This document shows, piece by piece, positions 62,518 through 64,000 of a stretch of 64,000 bases of DNA. A program made the position numbers and the translations under genes. Position 1 is the stretch's first letter, and each line of letters opens with the position of its first letter. Below the pieces are notes generated by a model that did no database searches, had not been told where the DNA came from, and saw only the letters and a program-made list of their open reading frames with translations. This DNA is from Toensbergia leucococca (taxonomy: Eukaryota), in NCBI GenBank assembly GCA_022813965.1, contig JALDZS010000116.1:1-64000 (forward strand), given 5' to 3'.

Positions 62518-63772
62518 ATGAAATTTACCTGGAACAACGAGGCCACAACCCCGCGCCTCGTCCTCACGGCCCCAGGTCCAGAATTCGACCCCCGAACCAT
62601 CAAGCACTGGCAAGAAGAAGGCTACCAAGTCGCCTACCTAACCTACAATAAAAACAACAGAAAAGAATACATTAGACATCTGCAGCATCTCGCCGACCCA
62701 CTCGATCTGGGCGAGAAGTACGCTATAGTAGGTCTGCTTGCTCCGAGAGACCCGTTGCATATCGCATGGGCTAATTGCTGGTTTTTGGGGGCGGTATAGC
62801 TTATGGCGAAGCGGCGTCGCTAGTTCTCGAAGCATGCATCAAGCCGATGCCTAAGCTGAGCACCGTCATAGCGTATTATCCCGACAAATTGCCCGCGCCG
62901 CACGTTGGGTATGCGCCTAGTCTGGACGTGCTGGTTCATATGGCGGGGTCGCAGGGCATGGCGCCTAAGACGCGGTCGTACAATTATCCGAATGCGGAGC
63001 CCGGCTTTGCAGAGGAGGATCTAGACGAGTACGAAAAGATTTCGGCGGGATTGGCGTGGAGTCGGACATTGGGGACGGTGAGGAAGGGGTTTGGCATTGA
63101 GGTTGATTTGGAGGAAGTTTGGGAGGAGCATTTAGGACGTGAGTTGTGCATCCTATTATGGTAGGATTGATGATGGAGAGTTGGGGGCTCACTGTTTCGT
63201 GGCGGTTAGTTGAATTCTTTACTAAAGACGCTGATGCCACGATGGCGACTATGGTTGCACAACCGTATGTGAACCACATTCCAACGTTGACGGTAGGTTT
63301 GCGTTCATTGTTTTTGAACAAAGCAAGGCTGAGACTCACAAACCAGGGCGGCATTGGTTACAGCGATCTTCATCGATTCTATCGTGATTTTTTCATTCCT
63401 GGTAATCCGCCTTCGATGAAGATGCGTCTCTTATCGCGGACGATAGGAGTGGATCGTGTGGTTGACGAAATGCATGTCAGATTCCGACATACGCAGGTCA
63501 TCCCTTGGATACTACCAGGCGTGGAACCGACGGAGAAGGAGGTCGAGATCGCGCTGGTAAGTATTGTGTGCATTCGGGGAGGAAAATTATACCATGAGCA
63601 TATTTATTGGGACCAGGCCACAGTGCTTGTGCAAATTGGTCTTTTGGATTCTAATCTATTGACGAAAGGCAAGCCTGCGAGGCGGCTTCCTGTGGTTGAT
63701 AGTGCAGGAGCAAGGAAGGTATTGGATGAGAGCAGCGTGAAGAGCAATGAGCTCATAAAAGGGTGGTTGTGA
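62518..63772 (+). CDS. Dienelactone hydrolase-like protein with C-terminal SnoaL/NTF2-like domain, multi-exon
   Basis: LAWSRTL, DLEEVWEEH, EFFTKDADATMATMVAQPYVNHIPTLT|GGIG, LSRTIGVDRVVDEM, HEHIYWDQATVLVQIGLL. Confidence 0.88.
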
Positions 63773-64000
63773 TTCTTGAATCCTCCCTACCTCTGAGGAT
63801 GTCGACTGGGTATCCGAGATTGTTGTACAAAGGATAGGGGCGTTATGGAAATGCTGGGCCCCTTTTAATGCCATCATATTATTGAACGCAGTCCAGCAAT
63901 CTCTGAGCTCACAGCATCCTTGCTCTTCAAACTCATCACACTTCCTTTCTGTGCAATATCAATTAAATGCATCAAGTTCTTTGGATCTTCCTTGGCGAGA

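Noticed and set aside
59884..63772. Methyltransferase plus hydrolase as a secondary-metabolite cluster
   Set aside because: No PKS, NRPS or terpene synthase backbone in the window, and both families are common stand-alone genes. The region beyond the window edge cannot be excluded.

Overview
Eukaryotic DNA from a filamentous ascomycete (Pezizomycotina): short GT-AG introns with CTAAC/CTGAC branch sites and typical fungal orthologues. A lichen-forming lineage is plausible but cannot be proven from the sequence. The window holds about 25 protein-coding genes, mostly housekeeping: NAB2, PRE2, an MFS permease, RTG2, SGS1/RecQ, MON1, MED14, OCT1, SRC1, MNR2-type CorA, TBCA, THOC7, Elongin A, NEDD8, an Rds1-like protein, RMT2, a SAM methyltransferase and a dienelactone-hydrolase/SnoaL protein. 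The main signals not visible in the ORF track are: two tandem decayed cold-shock-protein (CspA-like) genes and a decayed phosphotransferase in the 36-40 kb gap; a ~590 bp MITE-like element with long inverted repeats upstream of OCT1; a second TA-flanked element upstream of NEDD8; a secreted M35-protease-like protein lacking HEXXH; a small spliced Cys-rich gene ending in a polybasic CaaX-like tail; and recurrent C-rich to G-rich skew switches. No tRNA, rRNA or CRISPR array was seen. All family calls are by visual recognition, not database search, and exon boundaries were read by eye.
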